A DNA stretch of 64,000 bases, from positions 96,001-160,000 of the forward strand of contig CAVZRV010000029.1 of the NCBI GenBank assembly GCA_963777605.1, in the 5' to 3' direction. The translations under genes were made by a program, and so were the position numbers. Below the pieces are notes generated by a model. It worked only from the letters and a program-made list of their open reading frames with translations. It made no database searches and had not been told where the DNA came from. This document shows positions 37,486-46,943 of the stretch, piece by piece. The number at the start of each line of letters is the position of its first letter. Position 1 is the stretch's first letter. The stretch is from an uncultured Acidobacteriota bacterium (GTDB lineage: Bacteria; Acidobacteriota; UBA6911; RPQK01; JAPXNP01).

Positions 37486-38712
37486 CTACTTCCAAAGCGG
37501 AGCGGCCCGTCCGTTGAGGTCCCAGACAACTTCCCCGTCTCGGAGAACGAGCTCGCACTCCAGTTTTTGACTCCCGGTTATCTTCGCTCCCTCGGAGTCG
37601 ATGAAGCCGAAGCTTCCTTTCTTGAGGCTCAGGACGGCGATGTCGGCTCCTGCGCCCGGGCTGAGATGCCCCAGTTCCTCGTGTCCGATCTCCCGGGCCG
37701 GAGCCCAGGTCGCCTTCAGAATCACATCCTGGGTCGACATCCCCAGGTTGAGAAATTTCGACATGATGTTCAGGAGATCTTTCATCCCGGCGTTCATGCT
37801 ATGGGCGTGCAGGTCGGTTGAAATCGAATCCGGGGGGAACCCCGCCTTCATTGCCGGCACGACCTGGCGGTAAACGAATGAGCCGGCGCCATGACCGACA
37901 TCAAAGATGATCCCCCGGGCTCGGGCTTCGGGCGCGAACGCCTGGAGCCGGCCGCTCGGGTCGACGAGGGGTTCCCGGCCCGCGACATGCGCGTAGGCGT
38001 GAGTGAGGATATCTCCCGGGCGGAGGTGTTCGATCAGAAGGTCTCGCAACGAGAGCGGGGGACGGCTCGAACCGAAATCGACCATTACCGGGATCCCGGC
38101 GATCCTGCCGGCTTCCACCGCCCGATCGACAGGGGTCCACTCGGGGCCCTGGTAATGGGCGACCTTTATGCCGACGATCAGGTCTTTGAACTGGGTGGCC
38201 CGCATCGCCGTCAGCTTGGCGTCCATGTCGGAGAGGTCCTGTTCAATCGGCCCTCCTTTCATTCCGTTGCCGACAATGTTCAGGAAGGCCAGGACCCGGG
38301 TCTGCGACCGATCGATGGTCTGACGTTTGAACTGCTCGAAGTTTCGCCAGCCCGCCCCACCCGCGTCGACCATTGTCGTGACTCCGCTCCGAAAGCTGAA
38401 TCCGTCGGGAGCGACGGCGTAGTAGCCATCACTGTAGTCGGCGTTCTCCTCGGTGCCGTAAAACAGGTGGGCATGAATGTCCACCAGCCCGGGGACTACG
38501 AGGAGTCCGTCCACCGGGACGACTTTCCCGGCGGACTCCTCGGGAATCGACTCGGCGATCCGCACAATCTTGCCGTCGCGAATGCCTACATCTGCCACGG
38601 TGTCTACGGCGTTCTTGGGGTCAACAATGTGACCTCCTTTGAGAACCAGGTCGTAAGGTTTCTGTTGTGCCCACAGAGAAGCTGTCAGCAGGACCGGCAC
38701 AAGCATTTTCAT
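37486..38712 (-). CDS. Amidohydrolase/deacetylase family metallohydrolase (dihydroorotase-like) with signal peptide
   Basis: PGLVDIHAH, GVTTMVDAG, PGDILTH, DVGHGAGSF, ISTDLH. Confidence 0.88.
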   Translation of the reverse strand: MKMLVPVLLTASLWAQQKPYDLVLKGGHIVDPKNAVDTVADVGIRDGKIVRIAESIPEESAGKVVPVDGLLVVPGLVDIHAHLFYGTEENADYSDGYYAVAPDGFSFRSGVTTMVDAGGAGWRNFEQFKRQTIDRSQTRVLAFLNIVGNGMKGGPIEQDLSDMDAKLTAMRATQFKDLIVGIKVAHYQGPEWTPVDRAVEAGRIAGIPVMVDFGSSRPPLSLRDLLIEHLRPGDILTHAYAHVAGREPLVDPSGRLQAFAPEARARGIIFDVGHGAGSFVYRQVVPAMKAGFPPDSISTDLHAHSMNAGMKDLLNIMSKFLNLGMSTQDVILKATWAPAREIGHEELGHLSPGAGADIAVLSLKKGSFGFIDSEGAKITGSQKLECELVLRDGEVVWDLNGRAAPLWK

Positions 38713-38756
38713 CTTTGCCCTCCCTCTCATTGAGTCGGAAGCGATCAAGGCAATTA

Positions 38757-39150
38757 TTAACTGATCCGGACCTGATTCCGGCCGGAATCCTTGGCTTCGT
38801 AGAGCGCTTCGTCAGCCCGTTTGAACAGGGACTCCAGAGTGTCGTCCGGACGGGCGATGGTCGCCCCGATGGATACGGTTGGGCAGATGCGGATTTTGCC
38901 GAAGGGTACCGAGATGCTCGAGATCAAGCCTCGCAACCGTTCTGCCATCTGGTGCAGTTTCTCCCTTTCCACCCCGCGATACAAGCCGACGAACTCCTCT
39001 CCGCCCCACCTCGGCACTCATCGAATTGTCAGGGTTTGGTGACTTAAAAGCGAGTGAAGATTGCTCTTCGCTCTGGAGTATTGCGGTGTTGCGGTGTTGT
39101 GGATCGGCGGCGACGCTGTTCGGTTTGACCGCTTTCTTCCGTGCTTTCAA
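38757..39150 (-). pseudogene. Diguanylate cyclase remnant (GGEEF), internally deleted
   Basis: AGGAGG plus TTG start at 39150 fused out of frame to RWGGEEF...TVSIG...ADEALYEAKDSGRN; the N-terminal half of the GGDEF domain is absent. Confidence 0.7.
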
Positions 39151-39247
39151 TTCCCACCTCCTGCGCTCGAATCTCAAAGGCTGGCAGGGTATGAATAAGC
39201 GAGACTCATGAATTCGTCAAGGCCAAATCCGGAACCCTGGAAATCTG

Positions 39248-40288
39248 CTACCGGCTCAGGACTTCGCAGCCCGTGGCGGTCACGGTGACGACTTCTTCAA
39301 GGCGGATGCCGAATTCTCCCGGCAGGTAGATGCCGGGCTCTACGGTGAAAACCATTCCGGGAACCAGGACCCCTTCACCGTGTGGGGAGATCCGAGGCAA
39401 CTCGTGCACTTCCAGTCCGAGACCGTGGCCGGTGCCGTGCCCGAAGTGCTTTCCATAGCCGGCGTCGGCGATAACAGTTCGGGCGGCTGCGTCGGCGGCA
39501 ACAACGGAGACCCCCGGGCGTACGGCGGCGATGGTCGCCTGCTGGGCCTCCCGCACAACCTCGTACACTTCGCGCACCCGACTGTGGCCGGGCAGGACGA
39601 CCCGCGTCAGGTCACTGCAGTAGGAGTCGAGACGGGCGCCGAAATCGACGAGCAGGACTTCCTCCTGGGAGATCTGTCGTGAGCCGGCAACGCCATGGGG
39701 AAGCGCACTGCGGGGTCCCGAAGCGACAATCGTATCAAAGGGAGCCCCGGAGCTTCCCCGGGTCCGACAGATGAACTCCAAAGAGGCTGCCGCTGCGGTC
39801 TCCGTAGATGTCCAGTCGAGTCGCTCGACAAACTCCGCGAAGGCCTGGTTCGCCAGCCGGCATGCCGACTGGACTTTCTCGACCTCGGAGTCGGATTTTA
39901 CCGCTCGAAGTTCCTCGATGAGGCCGTAAGTCGGGACTGGATGCCAGTCGTCGCACCAGGACGATATGGTCAGTGCGATCGAGTGGGACATACGCTCTGC
40001 CTCAATGCCGATTCTCTTGGTGAAAGGCAGCAAAGACCGGAGGTCGGAGCCGAACGGGTTTGCGGAAAGCTGGATCCGGCAATGGGCAGTCTCGTTTCGG
40101 GCCTGTTCCAGGTACCGGGAATCGACGATGAGTACGGCCTCACCTTCGAGCCAAAGCGCGACCCCAAACGATCCGCTGAACCCGAACAGGTAATACAGGT
40201 TTGGGGGATGAGTAATCAAAAGGCCGTCGAGCTCCACCTTGTGAAGCCGACGGCCAAGTCGTTCAAGTCTGAGTTCTCTTTCCGTCAC
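39248..40288 (-). CDS. Xaa-Pro aminopeptidase (M24 family)
   Basis: ALPHG, DFGA-YCSDLTR, HGTGHGLGLEVHE, TVEPGIY, GIRLEE. Confidence 0.93.
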   Translation of the reverse strand: MTERELRLERLGRRLHKVELDGLLITHPPNLYYLFGFSGSFGVALWLEGEAVLIVDSRYLEQARNETAHCRIQLSANPFGSDLRSLLPFTKRIGIEAERMSHSIALTISSWCDDWHPVPTYGLIEELRAVKSDSEVEKVQSACRLANQAFAEFVERLDWTSTETAAAASLEFICRTRGSSGAPFDTIVASGPRSALPHGVAGSRQISQEEVLLVDFGARLDSYCSDLTRVVLPGHSRVREVYEVVREAQQATIAAVRPGVSVVAADAAARTVIADAGYGKHFGHGTGHGLGLEVHELPRISPHGEGVLVPGMVFTVEPGIYLPGEFGIRLEEVVTVTATGCEVLSR

Positions 40289-40290
40289 TT

Positions 40291-41580
40291 CTAAAGATTC
40301 TTGATCCGGGGAGTGATGAAGAAGAGAATCTCTCTGGTTTCCCGTTCCTTTGAATCCCGCTTGAAAAGGTGGCCAACGACCGGGATGTCGCCAAGCCCGG
40401 GGACCTTGTTCTTGGAGTCCCGGTCGGTTTCCACGAAGATCCCGCCGATCACGGTGGTCTCACCGTCGGAAACCATGACACGGGTCTGGGATTCACTGGT
40501 CAGGATGGTCGGAATCCCCAGTACGGTCTGCGAGAAGTCGGGGACGTTGTTCTCCACCTTGATGTTCATCGAGATCGTCTTCTCCTCGGTGATCTGAGGC
40601 GTCACGGTCAACTGGAGGGCCGCAATCTCGTAACGAACGGTTGTGGTGAAGTTAATCTGCACGGGGATCGGGATCTTGGCCCCCTGGGTGATCTTCGCTT
40701 CGGCGTTGTTCTGAGCGCTCACCCGCGGCTTGGACAAGATCCTGGCGTCGCCGGTGTTTTCGGCAGCCGTGATAATGGCATCCAGGCGGAATGTGTCGAG
40801 CGCTTTTCCGGAAGTAAAGAATCCGGCCGCATTGGGCTCTTCAGCGGGAGTGACGACCGCCAGTCCACCCTGGTTCCGATCAAATTCGTTTCCGAAGACG
40901 AATCCCAGTTCCATGCCCAGTTCCCGGGCGAATCGGGTGGTCGCCTCAATGATCCGAGCCTCGATCTCGACCTGCTTTTCCGGTACATCCAGTGCCTCGA
41001 CCAGGTTGTTGATTCGGTTCACGCCTTCCGGCACGTCCGTGATGATCAGGGTATTGGTGCGCTTGTCGACGTTGATCTGTCCCCGCTCGCTCAGCTGTTT
41101 CTCAAACGATGGAAGCAGTTCCTCTCCGCTGGCATAGCTGAGCTGGCGCGTGACGGTCATGGTGTCCTTGGCCAGAAAGGATGCTCGTTTCAATGCCTGG
41201 GCTGCTTCTTCTTCCTGCTTCAATTTGGTCTTCGTCGAGATCCGGACCATGTTGCCGTCGATGGAACGGGCCAGCCCGTGGCTGTGAAGTACTGCGTCGA
41301 AGAGTTGATCCCACGGCACCTGTTCGACGTTTATGGTGACTGACCCAGCAACATCGGGATCGATGAGGATGTTCAGTCCGCTCAACTCGGACATGGCCCG
41401 GAAGAAATCCACCAGGGAGACGTTCACGAATTTCAAGGAGACGGGTTCCCCCTGATAGTCGCCCTGCGACGCGGGTAAGACCGGCTTGTTTGCTGAGTGC
41501 AAGCTCGGTCCCGTGAGGGTGCTGATACTCAGAAACAATGAAACAAGAAAAGCGGGACTTCTTAGCTTGTGTCTCGTCAT
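40291..41580 (-). CDS. pilQ: Type IV pilus secretin PilQ (short form)
   Basis: VPWDQ, DKRTNTLIITD, QVEIEARI, LTVTPQI, VPGLGDIPVVGHLF, FITPRI. Confidence 0.88.
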   Translation of the reverse strand: MTRHKLRSPAFLVSLFLSISTLTGPSLHSANKPVLPASQGDYQGEPVSLKFVNVSLVDFFRAMSELSGLNILIDPDVAGSVTINVEQVPWDQLFDAVLHSHGLARSIDGNMVRISTKTKLKQEEEAAQALKRASFLAKDTMTVTRQLSYASGEELLPSFEKQLSERGQINVDKRTNTLIITDVPEGVNRINNLVEALDVPEKQVEIEARIIEATTRFARELGMELGFVFGNEFDRNQGGLAVVTPAEEPNAAGFFTSGKALDTFRLDAIITAAENTGDARILSKPRVSAQNNAEAKITQGAKIPIPVQINFTTTVRYEIAALQLTVTPQITEEKTISMNIKVENNVPDFSQTVLGIPTILTSESQTRVMVSDGETTVIGGIFVETDRDSKNKVPGLGDIPVVGHLFKRDSKERETREILFFITPRIKNL

Positions 41581-41588
41581 GGTATGAC

Positions 41589-42038
41589 CTACCGATCCTC
41601 GGTTTGCATTTGCTTAGTGATGCGGGTGATCTTCCTGTTGCCTTGGGTATCCACCTGTTCTCTCACGAAGACCACCGTATCGCCCTGGATTCCTTCGATG
41701 TATCCGTTGAACAGCTTGGTCCCTTCCTTTGCGAAGTAACTGATGTCATCGATCCCTCTCAGAACCGCCATCTGGGAGTTGGGTCCCTTGGCGATACCAG
41801 TGACCGTGACTTCTGCGACCAGTAGACCGGCGAGTCCCGGCGGGCGCTGGTCCAGCGGAGGTGGGGCAAGTATCTTGGCGGGTTCGGCCCGTTTGGCTAC
41901 CTTCATCAGGCTCGTGAACGGATCCCGCTTGCCTTCATTGTCGTACTTGATGCCCTGCGCCACGAGCCCGGAACCACCCAACAGCAGCACCGACAAAACC
42001 GCGGCAAGAGCAACCGGCAGTGCAAGTCGCTTCTTCAT
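41589..42038 (-). CDS. pilP: PilP-like pilus assembly protein
   Basis: Signal/TM region, KRDPF motif; lies between pilO and pilQ. Confidence 0.7.
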   Translation of the reverse strand: MKKRLALPVALAAVLSVLLLGGSGLVAQGIKYDNEGKRDPFTSLMKVAKRAEPAKILAPPPLDQRPPGLAGLLVAEVTVTGIAKGPNSQMAVLRGIDDISYFAKEGTKLFNGYIEGIQGDTVVFVREQVDTQGNRKITRITKQMQTEDR

Positions 42039-42625
42039 TTCGCCTCCTCAACGGGCGCTGCAGTCTCGTTTTCGAGGTAAACGAACGTGGTGGCTGTGCA
42101 GGTCGCACTCAACGTCCGATCTCGCGAGGCGTCGTCGTCAATCGCCTTCATATTGATGTTGTCCACATTGATGATCCGCGTGAACGCCCCGACCCGCTCA
42201 AAGAAGGTCCCCAGGCTGTCGTAATTGCCTTCCAGGGAGATCATGATCGGCCAGTCTTCGTAGAAATCGTTGTTAACGGTGGCCCGCGGGGTGAAGCTGT
42301 TGATTTTTAAATTGGAATCTACTGCCATCTGCTGGACCTGGCGGATGATCTCGGCAGTCTGCTTCTTTTCCGGCAGAACCTGCCGCAGAAATGAGAGGCG
42401 GGCCTGTTGCTCCTGGACGGCCTGTTTCAGCTCCTGTAGCTGATCTCGGACTCCCTGGCCTGCTGCGACTTCGGCCTCCAGATTCTGGATCTCCAGGTCG
42501 AGATCGGCCAGCTCAGCCTGGAGCGGGCGGATCATGTAGATGTAGAAGACTCCGCAAAGCGCCAGGACCAGGAGACCCAGGATGACAAGCTGTGACTTTT
42601 GGGACAAACGGCTGATTGCTGACAT
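42035..42625 (-). CDS. pilO: Type IV pilus assembly protein PilO
   Basis: TM plus coiled coil, LP..., FYEDWPI, GNYDSLGTFF, RIINV. Confidence 0.88.
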   Translation of the reverse strand: MSAISRLSQKSQLVILGLLVLALCGVFYIYMIRPLQAELADLDLEIQNLEAEVAAGQGVRDQLQELKQAVQEQQARLSFLRQVLPEKKQTAEIIRQVQQMAVDSNLKINSFTPRATVNNDFYEDWPIMISLEGNYDSLGTFFERVGAFTRIINVDNINMKAIDDDASRDRTLSATCTATTFVYLENETAAPVEEAK

Positions 42626-42627
42626 GG

Positions 42628-43173
42628 CTATTGGCTCTTAATGGTGCAGTTCAGGCCGAAGGCCACGCTGTCCTTACGGTCTTCCCAGAATGAAAGTTCG
42701 ACTGTGTCAAAAGGCGGATATTTCGTCAGGTTGGCGATGAAGTCGGCGATCGCGGGGACGTCGAAAGCGTTCCCTTCGATGGTCACCGTCTTCTCCTGCT
42801 GATTCAGGCTGGTCAGCCAGAGACGAGGCTCGGTCGGCATGGCCGCGATCACTCCATTGAGCATCTGGACCGGACCCTTCTGGCTGGAGCGCAATTCTTC
42901 GATGATTGCGGCCCGATCTTCGAGCCGCAGCTTCTGCGCCTGATAGCGTTGCAGTTCCGCCCGGACGGCCGCCAGTTCGAGGCTTTGTTGCTGAAGCTCA
43001 GCCTGGCGGATCTGGGCCACATCCAAAGCCGACGAAAGCTGCCAGTGCCAGGCCAGCACAGCGACAATGGCCACCGCCGCAATGAGCCCAACGTAGAGCT
43101 CCACGCGGGTTTTCTTCGGCACCCAAAGCCGGCGGCGACTACTTGATTCCCGGAGAAGGTTGATTTGAATCAT
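42628..43173 (-). CDS. pilN: Type IV pilus assembly protein PilN
   Basis: MIQINLL PilM-binding motif; LWLTSL, IEGNA. Confidence 0.88.
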   Translation of the reverse strand: MIQINLLRESSSRRRLWVPKKTRVELYVGLIAAVAIVAVLAWHWQLSSALDVAQIRQAELQQQSLELAAVRAELQRYQAQKLRLEDRAAIIEELRSSQKGPVQMLNGVIAAMPTEPRLWLTSLNQQEKTVTIEGNAFDVPAIADFIANLTKYPPFDTVELSFWEDRKDSVAFGLNCTIKSQ

Positions 43174-43178
43174 GTTGC

Positions 43179-44240
43179 TTAGGCCGTACGCAAAGCCAGT
43201 CCGACTGCAATTGCATAGTCGGTCCGGGCGGACTCTGATTCTTCTCCCATCAGGTGGGACTCGACCCCTCCGATCTTCTTGAAGGGATCGAGAAACTCGA
43301 CAGGGAATTGAAATTTGTCCGCGAGTGATTCCCGCAGACCCCGTGTTTTGCTGGCACCCCCGCTAAGCAGCATCTGTTGAATGTCTTCAGCGTAGGTGGT
43401 CGTCTTGAAGTAATCGAGGGTTTTCTCGACTTCGAGGAGCAGGTTTTCGGATACGGAATTGAGAACGCTTTCAACCTGTTCAACGCTTTCGGCCGGGACT
43501 TCGAGCCCGAGCTTGTAGCGTTCCGCTTCCTCGTAAGAGATTCCCAGTTCTTCCTGGAGGAACTCGGTGTACTGGTTGCCCCCGATCGCGATGTCACGGG
43601 TAAACAAGAAATCGGTGCCCCGGATTATGTTGATGTTGGTGGAACTGGCGCCGAGGTCAAGCAGGGCCGCCACGGTGTCCGGTTCAGGGTTGTAATTGAT
43701 TTCGTAAACATTCTGCAGAGCGAATGCGTCAATATCGACCACGGTCGGGATTTTGCCGGCCATCGAAACGACACTGGTGTAGTCGGCAATCTTTTCTTTT
43801 TTTGCGGCAACCAGAATGACCTGGAGTTTCTGGGTTCCCGGTTCGGATTCCAGGACCTGGTAATCAACATTGACTTCGGCGAGGTCAAAAGGAATGTACT
43901 GTTCCGCTTCCCACTGAATCGACTGGGCAAGTTCCTCTTCGGTCATCACCGGAAGCGCGACCTTCTTAACGATGACCGAATGACCCGATATCGAGGTGGC
44001 CACCTTACTATTACGAATCTTCTTTTCTTTAAAGATTCGATCGATGGCTTCGGCCAGAGGAATCTTTGAAATTATAGATCCATCAACGATCGTATCGACC
44101 GGCAGATGGGCCTTTCCCAACGAATCCAGGCGGTACTGGGTGCCGGTCTTCTTGAGGCTTGCAACCTTGACCGCGGATGAGCCGATATCGACCCCCACCA
44201 GGCTCTTTGGCTTTGTTTTTAAAAAGTTCGTCAGAGGCAT
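43179..44240 (-). CDS. pilM: Type IV pilus assembly protein PilM
   Basis: VGVDIGSSAVK, WEAEQYIPF, DIDAFAL, LSGGAS, AVGLALR. Confidence 0.93.
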   Translation of the reverse strand: MPLTNFLKTKPKSLVGVDIGSSAVKVASLKKTGTQYRLDSLGKAHLPVDTIVDGSIISKIPLAEAIDRIFKEKKIRNSKVATSISGHSVIVKKVALPVMTEEELAQSIQWEAEQYIPFDLAEVNVDYQVLESEPGTQKLQVILVAAKKEKIADYTSVVSMAGKIPTVVDIDAFALQNVYEINYNPEPDTVAALLDLGASSTNINIIRGTDFLFTRDIAIGGNQYTEFLQEELGISYEEAERYKLGLEVPAESVEQVESVLNSVSENLLLEVEKTLDYFKTTTYAEDIQQMLLSGGASKTRGLRESLADKFQFPVEFLDPFKKIGGVESHLMGEESESARTDYAIAVGLALRTA

Positions 44241-44287
44241 TTAACCGACTCCTGCAAACCTGCAAATCAATAATTCAGACAAGCGAA

Positions 44288-44329
44288 ATTTTAGTCTTTA
44301 TTGCTGAAAAACAGGTAATCCCGGTCACA
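44288..44329 (-). promoter_or_regulatory. Putative class II CRP-type promoter of pilMNOPQ
   Basis: TGTGA-CCGGGA-TTACC (44314-44329) centred about -40.5 relative to -10 TAAAAT (44288-44293). Confidence 0.5.
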
Positions 44330-44633
44330 CTCGTGTGATTTTCTTTTTTCATCTGTACTTAATAACGCTCTACCCTGATAAAAGTGCGAATGGATGTCCG
44401 CGGTTGGAAGATTCGAGCCCGTCTGGGCCCGGGCCTCCAATCGGGGCAAAGAATCAGGTGGGCAAAACAAACCCTGAACCTGTTAAAATGAAGTTTTTAG
44501 GCTTGCGGATGGATTCGCGATAACCGTTGGGATGTCGTTGAGGCTGCCCGGGAAACTGCGGCTGAGGCGGAGCAGGTGACGTTGTACGCCTTTTCTAGTA
44601 AACTGATCCCTCCTTGCTCGGCGAGCCGGGGAC

Positions 44634-44662
44634 TTGACAGTAGTCCCGCGTTTTAGTAATTT
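44634..44662 (+). promoter_or_regulatory. Sigma70-type promoter of the rplM operon
   Basis: TTGACA-17bp-TAATTT. Confidence 0.7.
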
Positions 44663-44706
44663 TCCCGATTTTTAGGATCCTTGACGGACAGGTAAGGTGG
44701 ACAGGG

Positions 44707-45135
44707 ATGAAGACCGTTCTTCCAAAAGTAAATGAGATCGACCGTCAGTGGTACGTTGTCGATGCCGAGGATCAGGTGCTGGGGCGGTTGGCCTCGAAAT
44801 TGGCCATGATCCTGATGGGTAAGGATAAGCCGATCTACACCAACTTCCTCGATACGGGCGATTTTGTGATCGTGGTGAACGCAGATAAGGTTCGCCTGAC
44901 CGGCGACAAGCTGGATGACAAGAAGTACTACCGCCACAGCGGGTATCCGGGTGGCTTGAAAGAAATAAATGCTCGGGACCTGCTTGAGAAGCGGCCGGAG
45001 CAGGTATTGGAATTTGCAGTCAAAGGCATGTTGCCGAAGACCAAGCTGGGGAAGGGCATGCTGAAGCGCCTCAAGGTCTATGCCGGTGAGGAGCATCCCC
45101 ACCAGGCGCAGCAGCCGCGGACGCTTGCATTTTGA
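44707..45135 (+). CDS. rplM: 50S ribosomal protein L13
   Basis: [35 protein letters not shown]. Confidence 0.97.
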   Translation: MKTVLPKVNEIDRQWYVVDAEDQVLGRLASKLAMILMGKDKPIYTNFLDTGDFVIVVNADKVRLTGDKLDDKKYYRHSGYPGGLKEINARDLLEKRPEQVLEFAVKGMLPKTKLGKGMLKRLKVYAGEEHPHQAQQPRTLAF

Positions 45136-45146
45136 GGAGTTGACTC

Positions 45147-45539
45147 TTGGAAAAGATCCAGTATTACGGCACGGGTAAACGTAAGACTTCGACGGCCCGG
45201 GTTTTTCTGATGCCGGGAACCGGGCAGGTTGTGGTTAATCAGATCGATCATTTGGAATACTTTCGCAACCGCAGCGAACAGTTCATGGTGACTCAGCCGC
45301 TTGTCGTTACGGAAAGTAAAGACAAATTCGACGTCTACGTTAACGTAAAGGGCGGCGGTTCCATGGGGCAGGCCGGGGCGGTTCGGTTAGGGATTTCCCG
45401 AGCGCTGCTCGAGTTTGACTCGGAGCTGCGGCAGTCATTGAAGAAAGCCGGTTTTCTGACTAGGGATCCGCGCCAGAAAGAGCGGAAGAAGTACGGTCAG
45501 CCCGGCGCAAGAAAACGCTATCAATTCTCGAAGAGGTAA
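45147..45539 (+). CDS. rpsI: 30S ribosomal protein S9
   Basis: [35 protein letters not shown]. Confidence 0.97.
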   Translation: MEKIQYYGTGKRKTSTARVFLMPGTGQVVVNQIDHLEYFRNRSEQFMVTQPLVVTESKDKFDVYVNVKGGGSMGQAGAVRLGISRALLEFDSELRQSLKKAGFLTRDPRQKERKKYGQPGARKRYQFSKR

Positions 45540-45552
45540 TGAGGAGGGTCGT

Positions 45553-46785
45553 TTGAGCGCGATTTCGATCAAGCAATTGCTGGAAGCGGGTGTCCATTTT
45601 GGACACCAGACGAGCCGATGGAACCCGAAGATGCGGGAATACATCTTCGGGGACCGCAACGGCATTCACATCGTCGATTTGCAGAAGACCCTCAGACTCT
45701 TTAAGGAAGCGGTGGACTTCCTGACGGACCTCGGTGCTCAGGGCAAGCAAATCCTGTTCGTCGGTACTAAGCGGCAGGCCCAGGAGGCAATAGAGGAAGA
45801 CTCCTTGCGGTGCGGGATGCACTTCGTCACCAACCGCTGGCTTGGCGGTCTCCTGACGAACTTCGAGACGGTCCGGAACAGTATCAAGCGCTATAAGGAG
45901 CTGGATGCTCTGAAGGCCGAAGGGTACGACACCAAATTCTCCTCCAAGAAGGAGATTGCAAAGCTCGAGCGGCAACGGAAGAAGCTGGAGAAGAACCTCC
46001 GCGGTATCCGGAACCTGGAGCGGTTGCCCGATGCCCTCTTCGTGATCGACTCCGACAAGGAACAGATTGCGGTTATGGAAGCCCGGCGTTTGGGTATTCC
46101 CGTGATCGCAGTTGTCGACACGAACTGTGACCCGGATATCGTGGACTACGTGATTCCCGGCAACGACGACGCCCTTCGTTCCGTCAAGTTGTTTACGTCG
46201 ACGGTATCCGATGCGGTCGCGGCCGGCCGGTCGATTTGGGATGCCAAGGTGGCTGAAGAGCGCCGGGCCCGTGAAGAGGCCGAGCGTGAACAGGCGGCCA
46301 AGGCGGCTGCAGCCAGGGCTGCGGCCGACGCTCGCCGTGCCGAACGCGAGCGAGAGCGGAAGGCGGCAGCAGAAGCTGCCAAGGCGGCGGCAGCAGAAGC
46401 TGCCAAGGCCGAGGCCGAGGCCGCCAAGAAGGTTAAGGCGGAGAAGGCCGCCGCAGCCGAGGCTTCCTCCGAAGCTTCGACCCCGGTGAAAGCTGAAAAA
46501 GCTTCCTCCGAAGCTTCGGCCCCGGTGAAAGCTGAAAAGGCTTCCTCCGAAGCTCCGGCCCCGGTGAAAGCTGAAAAGGTTGAGACTGAGGCCGAGGCGC
46601 CGGAAGCAACCCCGGACAAGAAACCTTCGGGTCCGCGTAAGAGTACTACTCGCAAGGCGGCTGCCAAATCGGCCGATGCGGGAAAGGCCGAAGAGGTGGA
46701 GGCCCCCTCGGCGACAGCTTCCGAAGACGGCAAGGCTGCCGAGGAAACGGGCCAGGATACGGATAAAGTCGCAACTGAGCCCTGA
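45553..46785 (+). CDS. rpsB: 30S ribosomal protein S2 with long Ala/Glu/Lys-rich C-terminal extension
   Basis: [32 protein letters not shown]; 410 aa. Confidence 0.96.
   Translation: MSAISIKQLLEAGVHFGHQTSRWNPKMREYIFGDRNGIHIVDLQKTLRLFKEAVDFLTDLGAQGKQILFVGTKRQAQEAIEEDSLRCGMHFVTNRWLGGLLTNFETVRNSIKRYKELDALKAEGYDTKFSSKKEIAKLERQRKKLEKNLRGIRNLERLPDALFVIDSDKEQIAVMEARRLGIPVIAVVDTNCDPDIVDYVIPGNDDALRSVKLFTSTVSDAVAAGRSIWDAKVAEERRAREEAEREQAAKAAAARAAADARRAERERERKAAAEAAKAAAAEAAKAEAEAAKKVKAEKAAAAEASSEASTPVKAEKASSEASAPVKAEKASSEAPAPVKAEKVETEAEAPEATPDKKPSGPRKSTTRKAAAKSADAGKAEEVEAPSATASEDGKAAEETGQDTDKVATEP
46462..46578 (+). repeat. 3 x 39-bp in-frame tandem repeat within rpsB
   Basis: Units at 46462, 46501 and 46540 encode ASSEA(S/P)(T/A)PVKAEK. 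Confidence 0.92.
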
Positions 46786-46866
46786 GGTCGGGTACCGCCT
46801 CTGCGTACGAAACGGACGGTGCAGTGCGGCGAAGCAGACGCCGGTCCGGATAGAACTCACCCAAGC

Positions 46867-46898
46867 CAGGGATTGGCCGGCTGAAGGGCCGATCCCTG
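46867..46898 (+). terminator. GC-rich hairpin between rpsB and tsf (possible attenuator or processing site)
   Basis: CAGGGATTGGCC-N8-GGCCGATCCCTG; no strong U-tract. Confidence 0.35.
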
Positions 46899-46943
46899 CT
46901 TCAAGCCTTTGTGAATCATGGTGTTTCAACAACGGAGGATGTG

